From NCBI GenBank assembly GCA_019058245.1, contig JAHPZJ010000017.1, positions 55,113 through 119,112 on the forward strand: 64,000 nt of DNA, in the 5' to 3' direction. This document shows, piece by piece, positions 1-9,718 of this stretch. The notes beneath the pieces are model-generated. The model was given only the letters and a program-made list of their open reading frames with translations. It made no database searches and had not been told where the DNA came from. A program made the position numbers and the translations under genes. Positions within the stretch are counted from its first letter, which is position 1; every line of letters begins with the position of its first letter. The DNA comes from Promethearchaeota archaeon (GTDB lineage: Archaea; Asgardarchaeota; Lokiarchaeia; Sigyniarchaeales; SOKP01).

Positions 1-1
1 A

Positions 2-1228
2 GCAGGTATAGAAGTGGTTGGTTTAATTGAAGCTTTACCTCAGTGTACCGGATATAAAGTACATGAAAATAAACTTAGAAGATTAGGTGTTCCAATTTAT
101 ACTCGTCATGTTATTATTTCAGCTAATGGTAAAAAAAATGTAGAATCTACAACAATTGCAGAAATTGATGATAATTCTAAAGTAATTTCTGGATCTGAAA
201 AGACATATGCCTGTGATACCATTTTAATTGCCGTAGGATTAAATCCAGTCAATGAACTTTATCAAAAAGCAAAAGATTTTGAATTCAAAGTATGGGAAGC
301 TGGAGATGCTCAAGAAATTGCAGAGGCTTCAGCTGCAATATTTACAGGGAAAATTGAAGCTTTAAAGATACTTAAAGAAATTGGGATTGAATTTTCTGAA
401 AATATCAGCGAATTAGAAGAATCCGCTAATTTAATGAAAACTAAACCTCCACAGCCAATAAAAACTGAAATAAAATTTAAAGAAGAGGGCATATATCCTG
501 TTTTTTATTGTAATCAAGAGATACCATGTAATCCATGTACTACTGTATGTGAGCATGAACAAATTGAAACTATTGATGATTTGATAACACAATTACCTTA
601 TTTTAAGAATGAAAAAGAGTGTATTGGATGTGGAAAGTGTGTTGCTGTATGTCCAGGATTAGCTGTTGTATTAATAGATTATCGCAAAGATCGAAATAAT
701 CTATTAGTTACTTTTCCCTTTGAATTAACAGAGGATAAATTAGAGAAAGGACAAAAAGTTATTGTTGTTAGTAATGATGAGGAATTAGGTACATTTGAAA
801 TTCATAGAGCTCGAATTTTAAAAGACTATCCTAAAACTCAATTAGTTACCATAAAATTGCCTTCTAAAATTGCAAAACAAGCAGTAGCAATTAAACTATT
901 TCAAACCAAATTCAATGAACCAATAGATTTATATCAAAAAACCTTAACTGATGATGATACAATAGTATGTAGATGTGAACGTGTGTCAGTAGGAGAAGTT
1001 CGAAAATGGATACGTTCAGGAGTGAAGGATTTCAATGAATTAAAAGCATTGACTAAAGTAGGAATGGGCGCTTGCGGAGGTAAAACTTGTACACCGTTAA
1101 TTGAAAGAATATTTCGAGAGGAAGGTATCGCAATTGAAGATATTATACATGGAACAAAACGTCCTCTATTTATTGAAGTTCCGATGGGTATATTCGCTAA
1201 TGCTAAAAATAAAAATGAGGAACTCTAA
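2..1228 (+). CDS. FAD-dependent oxidoreductase, sarcosine oxidase/dye-linked proline dehydrogenase alpha-like, with 4Fe-4S and C-terminal BFD-like [2Fe-2S] domains (5'-partial)
   Basis: Frame open from the window edge. CDTILIAVGL and AGDA flavoprotein motifs, CNPCTTVC and CIGCGKCVAVCP ferredoxin motifs, VCRCERV...GMGACGGKTC BFD-like motif. Confidence 0.8.
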   Translation, partial: AGIEVVGLIEALPQCTGYKVHENKLRRLGVPIYTRHVIISANGKKNVESTTIAEIDDNSKVISGSEKTYACDTILIAVGLNPVNELYQKAKDFEFKVWEAGDAQEIAEASAAIFTGKIEALKILKEIGIEFSENISELEESANLMKTKPPQPIKTEIKFKEEGIYPVFYCNQEIPCNPCTTVCEHEQIETIDDLITQLPYFKNEKECIGCGKCVAVCPGLAVVLIDYRKDRNNLLVTFPFELTEDKLEKGQKVIVVSNDEELGTFEIHRARILKDYPKTQLVTIKLPSKIAKQAVAIKLFQTKFNEPIDLYQKTLTDDDTIVCRCERVSVGEVRKWIRSGVKDFNELKALTKVGMGACGGKTCTPLIERIFREEGIAIEDIIHGTKRPLFIEVPMGIFANAKNKNEEL

Positions 1229-2395
1229 ATGGTTGAATATGATGTGATCATTATAGGTGCGGGTAGTGTTGGTGTTCCTACGGCTTTAGCTACTGCAAAT
1301 GATGGATTAAAAACACTCGTAATTGATTCACTGCCCTCAGTAGCACAAGCAGATAATAAACATGCTATTGGGGGAATTAGAGCTACTCACTCTCATAAAG
1401 GAAAAATATGGTTATGTCAAAGATCAATTGAAATTTTCTCTTCTTGGGAAGAACGATATGGAGATGATATTTGGTGGACTCAGGGAGGTTATACATTTTT
1501 AGCATTTACAAAAGAACATGAAAATCAGTTAAAGGAAACTGTAAAACTTCAAAAAAGTTATGGATTAAATATTAATTATGTTAATGCAAATAAAATTAAG
1601 AATTTAATACCAGGTATCAATGATGATAATCTATTAGGGGGAACACATAGCCCTGAAGATGGTAATGCTTCCCCTCTATTATCATTACATGCATTTTTTC
1701 GAAGATCAAAAAATTTAGGAGCAAAATATCAATTCAAAGAAAAAGTTACAGATATATTAACTAAAAATAATAGAGTAATTGGGATCAAAACTACAAGAAG
1801 CCAATATAAAACACAATCAATTATTAATGCCGCAGGCGCTCATGCTAAAGAAATTGGAAATATGATTGGCATAGATACTCCAATAGAACCAGAATCACAT
1901 GAAGCAGGAATAACAGAACCAGTAAAAAAATTCTTTACTCCAATGGTAGTGGATATTAGTGTTTGTTATGATCCCAAATTTGGAAACTCGAGGAATTATT
2001 ATTTCTATCAAAATAAAGAGGGTAAAATACTTTTTTGTATAACTCCCGATCCAAATATTATAGGAATGGATCGTAATGAAACTAGCTCTTTTCTACCTCA
2101 GATCTCCAAGAGAATGATCCAACTTATTCCACGATTAAGGAACATAAAAGTAAGACGAACATGGCGAGGATTATATCCAATGACACCTGATGGGAATCCA
2201 ATCATAGGAAAAGTAGATGAGATGAAAGGATATTTTAATGCTATTGGAATGTGTGGTCAAGGATTTATGCTAGGACCTGGATTAGGAGAACTTCTCAGTC
2301 GTATTTTAACAGATAAAGAAACTTCGAGAGATAAAGAGATCTTAGAAACTCTCTGTCATAATCGTGATTTTAGTATAGAAGAAGAATTAAAATAA
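1229..2395 (+). CDS. FAD-binding oxidoreductase, DadA/SoxB (proline dehydrogenase/sarcosine oxidase beta-like)
   Basis: N-terminal IIGAGSVG, WRGLYPMTPDGNPIIG and GMCGQGFMLGPG motifs; abuts the alpha-like gene (TAA directly followed by ATG). Confidence 0.85.
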   Translation: MVEYDVIIIGAGSVGVPTALATANDGLKTLVIDSLPSVAQADNKHAIGGIRATHSHKGKIWLCQRSIEIFSSWEERYGDDIWWTQGGYTFLAFTKEHENQLKETVKLQKSYGLNINYVNANKIKNLIPGINDDNLLGGTHSPEDGNASPLLSLHAFFRRSKNLGAKYQFKEKVTDILTKNNRVIGIKTTRSQYKTQSIINAAGAHAKEIGNMIGIDTPIEPESHEAGITEPVKKFFTPMVVDISVCYDPKFGNSRNYYFYQNKEGKILFCITPDPNIIGMDRNETSSFLPQISKRMIQLIPRLRNIKVRRTWRGLYPMTPDGNPIIGKVDEMKGYFNAIGMCGQGFMLGPGLGELLSRILTDKETSRDKEILETLCHNRDFSIEEELK

Positions 2396-2482
2396 CTATT
2401 TTAAAAGAAATAAACTCAACTGATTTATATCAAGTATTTCTTTTTAATACTTAATTATAATAAAAAATTCAAAATCGTTAAA

Positions 2483-3415
2483 ATGCTTCGACATTTATTA
2501 AAAGTCTCTGATTTTTCAAAGAATGAGTGCGAGAAGGTTATTAATAAAGCAATAGAGCTTAAGAAAAATCCTAAGAAATTTAATTCAATTTTAGAAGGTG
2601 AAACACTTTTGATGTTTTTTGAAAAACCCTCTTTAAGAACACGAATTTCATTTGAAACAGGAATGCAACAATTAGGAGGGCATGCAATTTTTTATTCGAT
2701 TAAAGACTCTCCTTTAGGTAAAAAAGAAAACCTTTCAGATACTGCTAAGGTTGCTTCTAGATTTGTAAATATTATTGCTGCTCGGGTTTTTAAACGACAA
2801 GATATTAGGGATCTTGCTAAATATGCAGAAGTTCCTGTGATAAATATGTTGGATGATTTTGCACACCCATGTCAGATTTTAGGAGATTTTCAGACTATTA
2901 AAGAGAAAAAAAACAGTTTAACTACCATGAAACTATCATATTTTGGTGATGCTCATAATAATGTTACTTATGATTTAATGCGAATTTGTGCAATGTTTGG
3001 ATGGAGAATGGATGTTGCATGCCCTGATGTTCCAGAATATTCACCTGAACAAATAGTTTTAGATGAGGTTTCTGATTTATCCAAAGAAACTGGTGCAGAA
3101 GTACAAGTTATTCATAATGCCACAAATGCAGCTCAAGATTCTAGTGTAATATATACTGATAGTTGGATGAGCTATGGGATACCTCAAGAGCAGGAAGAAG
3201 AACGGAAAAAGGCTTTTATGCCTTTTCAAGTTACCCCTTCAATTATGAAAGTTGCAAAACCAGATGTGGTCTTTATGAATTGTTTGCCAGCAATGAGAGG
3301 ATATGAACAAACAGCTGATGTAATTGATGGTCCTCAATCAATTGTTTTTGATCAAGCAGAAAATAGATTGCATATTCAAAAAGCAATTATGTTGTTTTTA
3401 AGAGAAAAATTTTAA
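2483..3415 (+). CDS. argF: Ornithine carbamoyltransferase (probably catabolic)
   Basis: KPSLRTR carbamoyl-phosphate motif, HPCQ, YTDSWMS, FMNCLPA, QAENRLH; next to carbamate kinase. Confidence 0.95.
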   Translation: MLRHLLKVSDFSKNECEKVINKAIELKKNPKKFNSILEGETLLMFFEKPSLRTRISFETGMQQLGGHAIFYSIKDSPLGKKENLSDTAKVASRFVNIIAARVFKRQDIRDLAKYAEVPVINMLDDFAHPCQILGDFQTIKEKKNSLTTMKLSYFGDAHNNVTYDLMRICAMFGWRMDVACPDVPEYSPEQIVLDEVSDLSKETGAEVQVIHNATNAAQDSSVIYTDSWMSYGIPQEQEEERKKAFMPFQVTPSIMKVAKPDVVFMNCLPAMRGYEQTADVIDGPQSIVFDQAENRLHIQKAIMLFLREKF

Positions 3416-3479
3416 ATATTAAGTTATCTATTAATATTTTTTCTAAAAGTCTTGATATCTTGATTTTAGAGGTTGGAAT

Positions 3480-4391
3480 TTGAAAACATTAATCGTAGCA
3501 CTTGGAGGGAATGCCTTAATAAAATTTGGAGAAGAAGGTACCACAGAAGAACAATTTCGGAATTTAAGAGTTCCAATTAGTCAAATTGCGAAACTCGCAA
3601 GAGACTATAACATTATTATTACACATGGTAATGGCCCACAAGTAGGAAATCTCTTATTACAGCAGGAAGCAACAGCATTCATCTCAAAAAGTCCTTTACA
3701 AATATTAGTAGCAGAAACTCAAGGTCAAATTGGATTTATGATTGAAAGTACTTTAGATGAAGAGCTTATGAAAATTGGGTTGGATCAAGAAAAACTCTTC
3801 CTTACTGTTTTAACTTATGTAGAAGTTGATCCTGAGGATCCTGCTTTTAAAAACCCTACAAAACCCGTTGGACCTGCTTATCCTGTACGTACAAAATTAG
3901 GTCAAATCAAAACAGCTAAGGGGTGGCGACGTGTAGTTCCTTCTCCTGAACCGATAAAAATTTACCAATGGCGTGAAATTAAAAAACTTATGGAGCTTGG
4001 AAGTTGGATCGTAATTGCCTGTGGAGGAGGAGGTATTCCTGTCATAAAAGAAGGGAATAATTTATATGGAGTCGAAGCTGTTATTGATAAGGATCTTGCT
4101 AGTGCAAAATTAGGAGAACAAATTAAAGCAGATATTTTATTAATCGCAACTGATGTTGAGAAGGTTGCTTTAAATTATGGAAAATATAATGAAAAATTAT
4201 TAGAAAAACTTTCTGTGTCAGAAGCAGAAGAATATCTTAAAGAAGGTCAATTTCCTGCAGGAAGTATGGGTCCAAAAGTAAAAGCAATAATTAATTTCTT
4301 AAAGTCTGGAGGAAAACAAGCAATGATCACATCTATTGATAAAATAAAACAAGCTCTCAATCTTAAAGCAGGAACTCACTTTTTTTATTAA
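3480..4391 (+). CDS. arcC: Carbamate kinase
   Basis: VALGGNAL, THGNGPQVG, NPTKPVG, WRRVVPSP, GGGGIPV, EAVIDKD, GSMGPKV. Confidence 0.95.
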   Translation: MKTLIVALGGNALIKFGEEGTTEEQFRNLRVPISQIAKLARDYNIIITHGNGPQVGNLLLQQEATAFISKSPLQILVAETQGQIGFMIESTLDEELMKIGLDQEKLFLTVLTYVEVDPEDPAFKNPTKPVGPAYPVRTKLGQIKTAKGWRRVVPSPEPIKIYQWREIKKLMELGSWIVIACGGGGIPVIKEGNNLYGVEAVIDKDLASAKLGEQIKADILLIATDVEKVALNYGKYNEKLLEKLSVSEAEEYLKEGQFPAGSMGPKVKAIINFLKSGGKQAMITSIDKIKQALNLKAGTHFFY

Positions 4392-4444
4392 AATAATTTA
4401 AAGGGATACAATAAAATAAATGGAATTATCAATACTTTCTCTAA

Positions 4445-5716
4445 TTAAGAAATAAGTACTTTTTCAATAATTTCAAGAGCTAAATCAATTTCATTTTTTG
4501 TAATGACTAAAGGTGGAGCTAATCTAATAATTGTTGAATGTGTATCTTTTGCTAAGATACCATTATCCTTTAATTGTTCGACAATTTGTCTAGCATCTTC
4601 TTCAAATTCAATTGCGATTAGTAATCCTTTTCCTCTAATTTCTTTAATAGGTATTTTAGTTCTTTTCTGAGAAATTTCATTTAATCTCTTTAAAAAGTAA
4701 TCCCCCATCTCTTTAGCCCGTTCGGCAAGATTGTCCCGTAAATGAATATCTATAGATTTCATCCCAATTGCAGAAGCTAAAGGGTTTCCACCAAATGTGC
4801 TTCCATGAGTCCCTGGAGTTATTACTTCTGGACCAATAATTTCTTTGGTACTTACACATGCAGATATTGGATAAACTCCACCACCAAGAGCTTTACCTAA
4901 TAAGATCATATCTGGTTTCACATCCTCATGTTCACAAGCAAAAAATTTACCAGTTCGACAAAAACCAGTTTGAACTTCATCAGAAATTAACACTATATTA
5001 TATTTTGTACAGATTTCTCTTACTTTTTTTAAATATCCTTTGGGAGGAATCTTTACACCCGCTTCTCCTTGAATAGGTTCTACTAAGAAAGCAGCCACTT
5101 TTTCAGGACCAATTTCTAAGATTGCCTTTTCCAATTCCTTCGCATCTCCATACGGAATAATATTAAATCCTGGGGTAAAGGGACCAAAGTATCCGTAATA
5201 CCTTACTGCTGAAATGTCAGAACTAAAACCCACAATAGTAACTGTTCTTCCATGAAAATTGTTTCTGCACACGATTATTCTTGCTTCATCTTTGGGGATT
5301 TTTTTTTTAATATAACCCCAAGCTCTTACTACTTTTATAGCAGTCGAAACAGCTTCTGTTCCTGTACTCATTGGAAGAGACATTATTCCACTATTATTTG
5401 GGTCATAAATGTGTGGTCCAACAACATCTGCCAACATTTTAAGAAACGGTCCCATCATTGTGTTATGAAATGCCCGAGAAGTGAGAGTAACAATATCGGC
5501 TTGTTCTTTTAATGTCGCGACAATTTCAGGATGACAATGACCCAAATTTTGACTTGAGTAGGCAGATAAACAATCTAAATATTTTTTACCTTCCGGATCA
5601 TAAACCCAAACTCCTTCAGCCCGCGAAATTACTACTGGAATTGGATGATAATTATGTGCACCATATTCCAAATCCATTTTAATATAATCTTTTGAACTTG
5701 GCATTAAATATCCCAT
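4445..5716 (-). CDS. rocD: Ornithine--oxo-acid aminotransferase (class III PLP)
   Basis: GAHNYHPIPVV, YLDCLSAYS, NFHGRT, EPIQGEAG, DEVQTG, LGKALGGG, HGSTFGGNPL. Confidence 0.93.
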   Translation of the reverse strand: MGYLMPSSKDYIKMDLEYGAHNYHPIPVVISRAEGVWVYDPEGKKYLDCLSAYSSQNLGHCHPEIVATLKEQADIVTLTSRAFHNTMMGPFLKMLADVVGPHIYDPNNSGIMSLPMSTGTEAVSTAIKVVRAWGYIKKKIPKDEARIIVCRNNFHGRTVTIVGFSSDISAVRYYGYFGPFTPGFNIIPYGDAKELEKAILEIGPEKVAAFLVEPIQGEAGVKIPPKGYLKKVREICTKYNIVLISDEVQTGFCRTGKFFACEHEDVKPDMILLGKALGGGVYPISACVSTKEIIGPEVITPGTHGSTFGGNPLASAIGMKSIDIHLRDNLAERAKEMGDYFLKRLNEISQKRTKIPIKEIRGKGLLIAIEFEEDARQIVEQLKDNGILAKDTHSTIIRLAPPLVITKNEIDLALEIIEKVLIS

Positions 5717-5911
5717 TTAATTCTCTTAGTTAAGATTGACAATTAATAAATAGATAAATATTGAAAAATTTTAATTATTTTCCAAAAATTCAATGAGGGA
5801 ATAATATGGGTAAATTAAAATTATGTTAGTTATAATTACTTTAATTATTATCTCAGTAGCATATTCAAAATAAAAAAAATAGGAATAACAAATGTAAAAA
5901 AAACATAAAAA

Positions 5912-6651
5912 TTATTCTTGCACTTGAATAATTTCTGTTGATTCTTTTTCTTCCCTAAGATCTAATAGTTTTAATATTTCAACACCAAAAATGTTTGATA
6001 AGATTTTATTCATCTCAGATCCTCCCATATAACCCTGACATCCTAAATGAAGTTTATGAAAATGTCCTCCTAATTTAGTCTCAACCTCTTTTATGAAATT
6101 AATAACTTTTTCTTCTAAAGATTGGGATGGCGTATCATTTAATAAAAATACTACTTTAAATTCTCCATTTGTAAAGAGCCCTCCCGATAAATATCCATCT
6201 CTAAATTTAATCGATTATAAAGTTTCAAATCTGGATCAAGTTGAATAATATATGTTTGATAATGCTCTGGATATTGATTTTCTATGATTTTTTTAAAAGC
6301 ATCACCAGTACTACTAATACCAATTAGAAAAATATCTTTTATAGCTTGAATGACAGTATTCATCTCATTAACATTTGGTAAAATTATTCGAACTCCACAT
6401 AAATCATTTATCTCCGCAATAGGATCTGTATATTTTACATCAGGACTAAATAATTTATTGGCAAAACTTGAAATTGTCTTTACCCTGTTTTGAATAATAT
6501 GTTCTGAAGAACACCCTTGTACTATGTTTTCAAGAATAGTATCTATAATCTTAGAGTACTCTTCATAGAGAGGGCGTAGTTCTTTATATCTGTTAATTTG
6601 TTCTTCATAAAACTTACGTTGTTCTATTTCCATAGTTACTTTTTCCCTCAA
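5912..6651 (-). pseudogene. Truncated RelA/SpoT-like nucleotidyltransferase N-half (6151-6651) joined out of frame to a ~98-codon longin-like C-terminal segment (5912-6208); deletion pseudogene or -1 frameshifted gene
   Basis: RVKTISSFANK...YTDPIAEINDLCGVRII is RelA/SpoT-like, but the EIQxRT motif is absent. The -1 frame is open 6214-5912 and reads KFRDGYLSGGLFTNGEFKVVFLLNDTPSQSLEEKVINFIKEVETKLG...QVQE*, with no ATG near its start. Confidence 0.6.
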
Positions 6652-6726
6652 ATTTATTATTTCTGATTTATTTTCTTGAATTTCTTCTCTTAGGATTATT
6701 GATACAACCTATTATTTAAAATTAAG

Positions 6727-6891
6727 TTAATGATATGTCATCTTCATTCCACAACATTCTGGAATTGGCTGGTATCCACATTCTTTGGAGCAACAACATA
6801 GTAAATATCCATCTTTTATCATCATTGATTTATCGCAGCATTTAGGTACTTCTTTTTTCGAACCACAAATATTACAAATTAATTCTGGGAT
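6727..6891 (-). CDS. 54-aa Cys-rich metal-binding microprotein (two CxxC/CC-x-M desulforedoxin/zinc-ribbon-like units)
   Basis: Translates (I/M)PELICNICGSKKEVPKCCDKSMMIKDGYLLCCCSKECGYQPIPECCGMKMTYH*, 10 Cys. GGTGGT lies 6 nt upstream of an ATC codon. Not in the ORF track. Confidence 0.7.
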   Translation of the reverse strand: MPELICNICGSKKEVPKCCDKSMMIKDGYLLCCCSKECGYQPIPECCGMKMTYH

Positions 6892-7204
6892 TTTTTTACC
6901 ACCATCTTTTATACATTCAAATTAATCAAGAAAAATAGAAAACAAAAAAGCTTCTTTAATATATTATAAATCTTTTCCAGATGATTGTTTAAAAAAATAA
7001 ATTAAAACAAAAAATTAGCTTTGAAAATATTAAATTTGAGGATTATATTAATTTTTTCTATTATCTCTTGTTTAAATATCTTTAAAATTTAATATTAAAA
7101 AAAAATAAAAAAGGAAATTATGAAAAATATTCTTTCAAATAATGTGATAATTTTAATTAACAAATACAAGAATTAAGAAGAAAAAGATAAAAATAAAAAT
7201 TATA

Positions 7205-8785
7205 TTACCAAATAAGATTACCAATAATGTTTTTAGCCATTTCAGCCTGTTTTTTATTCAATATCTTACGAATACGCAAATCATTAATTGCATCTTCAAG
7301 TCGATTGTCGAGATTTTTCATTTCCATCAAATTATTTTTATCCCCTTGGGTTTCAACTAATTCAATCATTGCATTGTCTTTATTCATTAAGTCTCTTAAT
7401 CTTTGTCTAAAGCTCGATTTAATCTTAGTACTTACAATTTTTCCTTTGTCGATCAACACTGGTAATACGGGAGCTCTTTCAGTAGTTCGATTTGTATTAG
7501 GATCAACAAAATAAAATATGCATATTGGAATTCCTACTATGATGTTCTTAGTCTTTAATTCAAGAGTATAATTATTTAAAAAATTCTGAACACTTGTCAT
7601 TTCATTATCTACAATTGATGCGATATTATCTAAACAATTTTGCTTCTCATTTTTTATTCTCGCAATCACATCTTCAGCAGAACTTAAATCACTAGAAAGT
7701 TCACTATGTTTTGCTTCAATTTGCCTTTCTACCTCAGATTTTTTGCGTTCTAATTCTCTTATTTTTTGTTGTTTTGATTTTTCAAGATCACTAATTTCTT
7801 TTTGTACATTTCTCTTTAACTGATTAATTTCAGTTTGGTATCTAGAGATCGAATTTCCGAGATCTTGATACTTTAAATTGATGTCTTTTAAACCTTCTTC
7901 AACCAAAAATAGATCACGTTGATTAATTGCATTTTTCATGCTATCGACACTCTGCTTGAGTCTACTGATATCATTGGTTAATTCCCCAGTTTTATCATTT
8001 ATTTTATATTTACCAATCTTTACGAGTTCTTCAGGAGTTCCCTCAATTTCACGTTCCATTTCTTGTTGTAATTCTTTATTGAGTATTGTGAGTTGTTTCT
8101 CTTCTTCACTTGTGTCTACATTTGTATCTTTAATTTTATCAACCTCTTTACCTCCTTTTTCAATCCATTTATCGCATAGCTTTATAATGGCATCTCCATA
8201 AGTTTCAAGTAAATTAGCATCTTTTTGAGATACAAATTCTAAAATTTCTGGTACTATGTTTGTTTGATTCACACTTTTAACTATAGCTCCCCCTTCAAGA
8301 AGAAAATATGGCGTTGTATGAGCTCCTAAATCGTATTGATTTAGGAAAAAGTTTTGAAAATAACCAACCTCATTAGCATTAAATAATGCCTCTTGGATTA
8401 CAGTTCCACGTTTGAAATTCTTCGTTTTTCTTAAATAGGTATTGTTATAAGATTGTAATGAATTTAAGAAAGAGCTGGGATCTGCTCCTTTTATGAGATT
8501 TTCTGGTCTTGGTGGCATTTGAACAAATTTCCCAACACTAAGTTTTTCTTGTTTATTCATAAGATAACTACAAACACAGGCTCTAGTATCACTCAGGGGA
8601 ATTAATCGAACTGGCCAAAAACCTGTCGAAATTTTTGCCAATCTCCCTAACTTTTGAAGTTTTTTGCCATATATACTAATACATTCAATCATACCCATTG
8701 CTAATTCATTTAATAAAGCAGCTTGACTTCGTGCAGGAGTAATTTCACCCATATTAATTAAATAAGGAATTACTTTATTAACCAT
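7205..8785 (-). CDS. Hypothetical protein with long central coiled coil flanked by alpha/beta segments
   Basis: 526-aa ORF; heptad-rich E/K/Q region at about aa 220-400; FWPVRLIP and VGIPICIFYF beta-rich flanks. Confidence 0.75.
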   Translation of the reverse strand: MVNKVIPYLINMGEITPARSQAALLNELAMGMIECISIYGKKLQKLGRLAKISTGFWPVRLIPLSDTRACVCSYLMNKQEKLSVGKFVQMPPRPENLIKGADPSSFLNSLQSYNNTYLRKTKNFKRGTVIQEALFNANEVGYFQNFFLNQYDLGAHTTPYFLLEGGAIVKSVNQTNIVPEILEFVSQKDANLLETYGDAIIKLCDKWIEKGGKEVDKIKDTNVDTSEEEKQLTILNKELQQEMEREIEGTPEELVKIGKYKINDKTGELTNDISRLKQSVDSMKNAINQRDLFLVEEGLKDINLKYQDLGNSISRYQTEINQLKRNVQKEISDLEKSKQQKIRELERKKSEVERQIEAKHSELSSDLSSAEDVIARIKNEKQNCLDNIASIVDNEMTSVQNFLNNYTLELKTKNIIVGIPICIFYFVDPNTNRTTERAPVLPVLIDKGKIVSTKIKSSFRQRLRDLMNKDNAMIELVETQGDKNNLMEMKNLDNRLEDAINDLRIRKILNKKQAEMAKNIIGNLIW

Positions 8786-8972
8786 AAAATTTCACTTAAA
8801 CTTTCTATATTATTTTTTAATATCAATAGAATAATTAAAGTTTTGGTTTTAAATCTATACAATTAGAAAAATAAAGAAAAAAAAGGAAGAATTTTATTGA
8901 AGATTTTATCGTATAATCTCCTCCCAAAGTTTTTGGATTAAAATCATTAGAACACAATTAGGTTTGTAGCTT

Positions 8973-9599
8973 CTAAGTTTTTGCAGCAAAAATATATCTT
9001 AGTTTATGAACATGTGCTCCAAGTTCACCATGTTTTTCTTTTTCTTCAATTATATCTGTATCAATTACACTAAATGCCTTAAAATGATCTAATAAATCTT
9101 TTTCTGTGAAGTAATGCGTTGGGCGGTAAGGTTTACTTTCAAAGGTATTTTCTTCTATCTTGGCGCCCTTTCCAAAACTCTCTTCTAACTCAGAAAAAAC
9201 TGAGAAAAATACAAAACCATTATCTTGAAGCTGGTTATAACATTTTGCTAAGAATATTGCTCGTTGATTTTCAACTAATAAATGAAGTACATTAAAGCAA
9301 AATATTGCATCATATTGCTCGTTGCTAAATGGCATATCTAATACAGAACCTAAGATCATTTTGGATTTTGAATCAAATTTTTTGGAGATCTTTATTGCTA
9401 CTTCAGAAATTTCAATACCTGTTACTTCATAGTTGTTTGATGAAAAAAATTTAGTATGTCGTCCATAACCAGCACCAGGAATCAAAATTTTGTTGATATT
9501 ATATTTTTTAAATAATTTAAGGGCATAAATTGCAGTTGTACTTGGCTTAGTTCCCCATATTTTTCCTTTATCCAAGAATCTACTATTCCAATATTCCAT
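8973..9599 (-). CDS. Class I SAM-dependent methyltransferase
   Basis: ILIPGAGYGRH motif I, GIEIS, YDAIFCFNVLH. Confidence 0.85.
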   Translation of the reverse strand: MEYWNSRFLDKGKIWGTKPSTTAIYALKLFKKYNINKILIPGAGYGRHTKFFSSNNYEVTGIEISEVAIKISKKFDSKSKMILGSVLDMPFSNEQYDAIFCFNVLHLLVENQRAIFLAKCYNQLQDNGFVFFSVFSELEESFGKGAKIEENTFESKPYRPTHYFTEKDLLDHFKAFSVIDTDIIEEKEKHGELGAHVHKLRYIFAAKT

Positions 9600-9718
9600 A
9601 GGCGCTTAAGAGTAATTTGACTAGAAGATAATATTATTCAGAAAAAAAATATATTAATAAATATTAAAATTTCTTTTTTATTGATTCAATGTTAGATTAT
9701 TAGGAATGTCGTCAAAAA

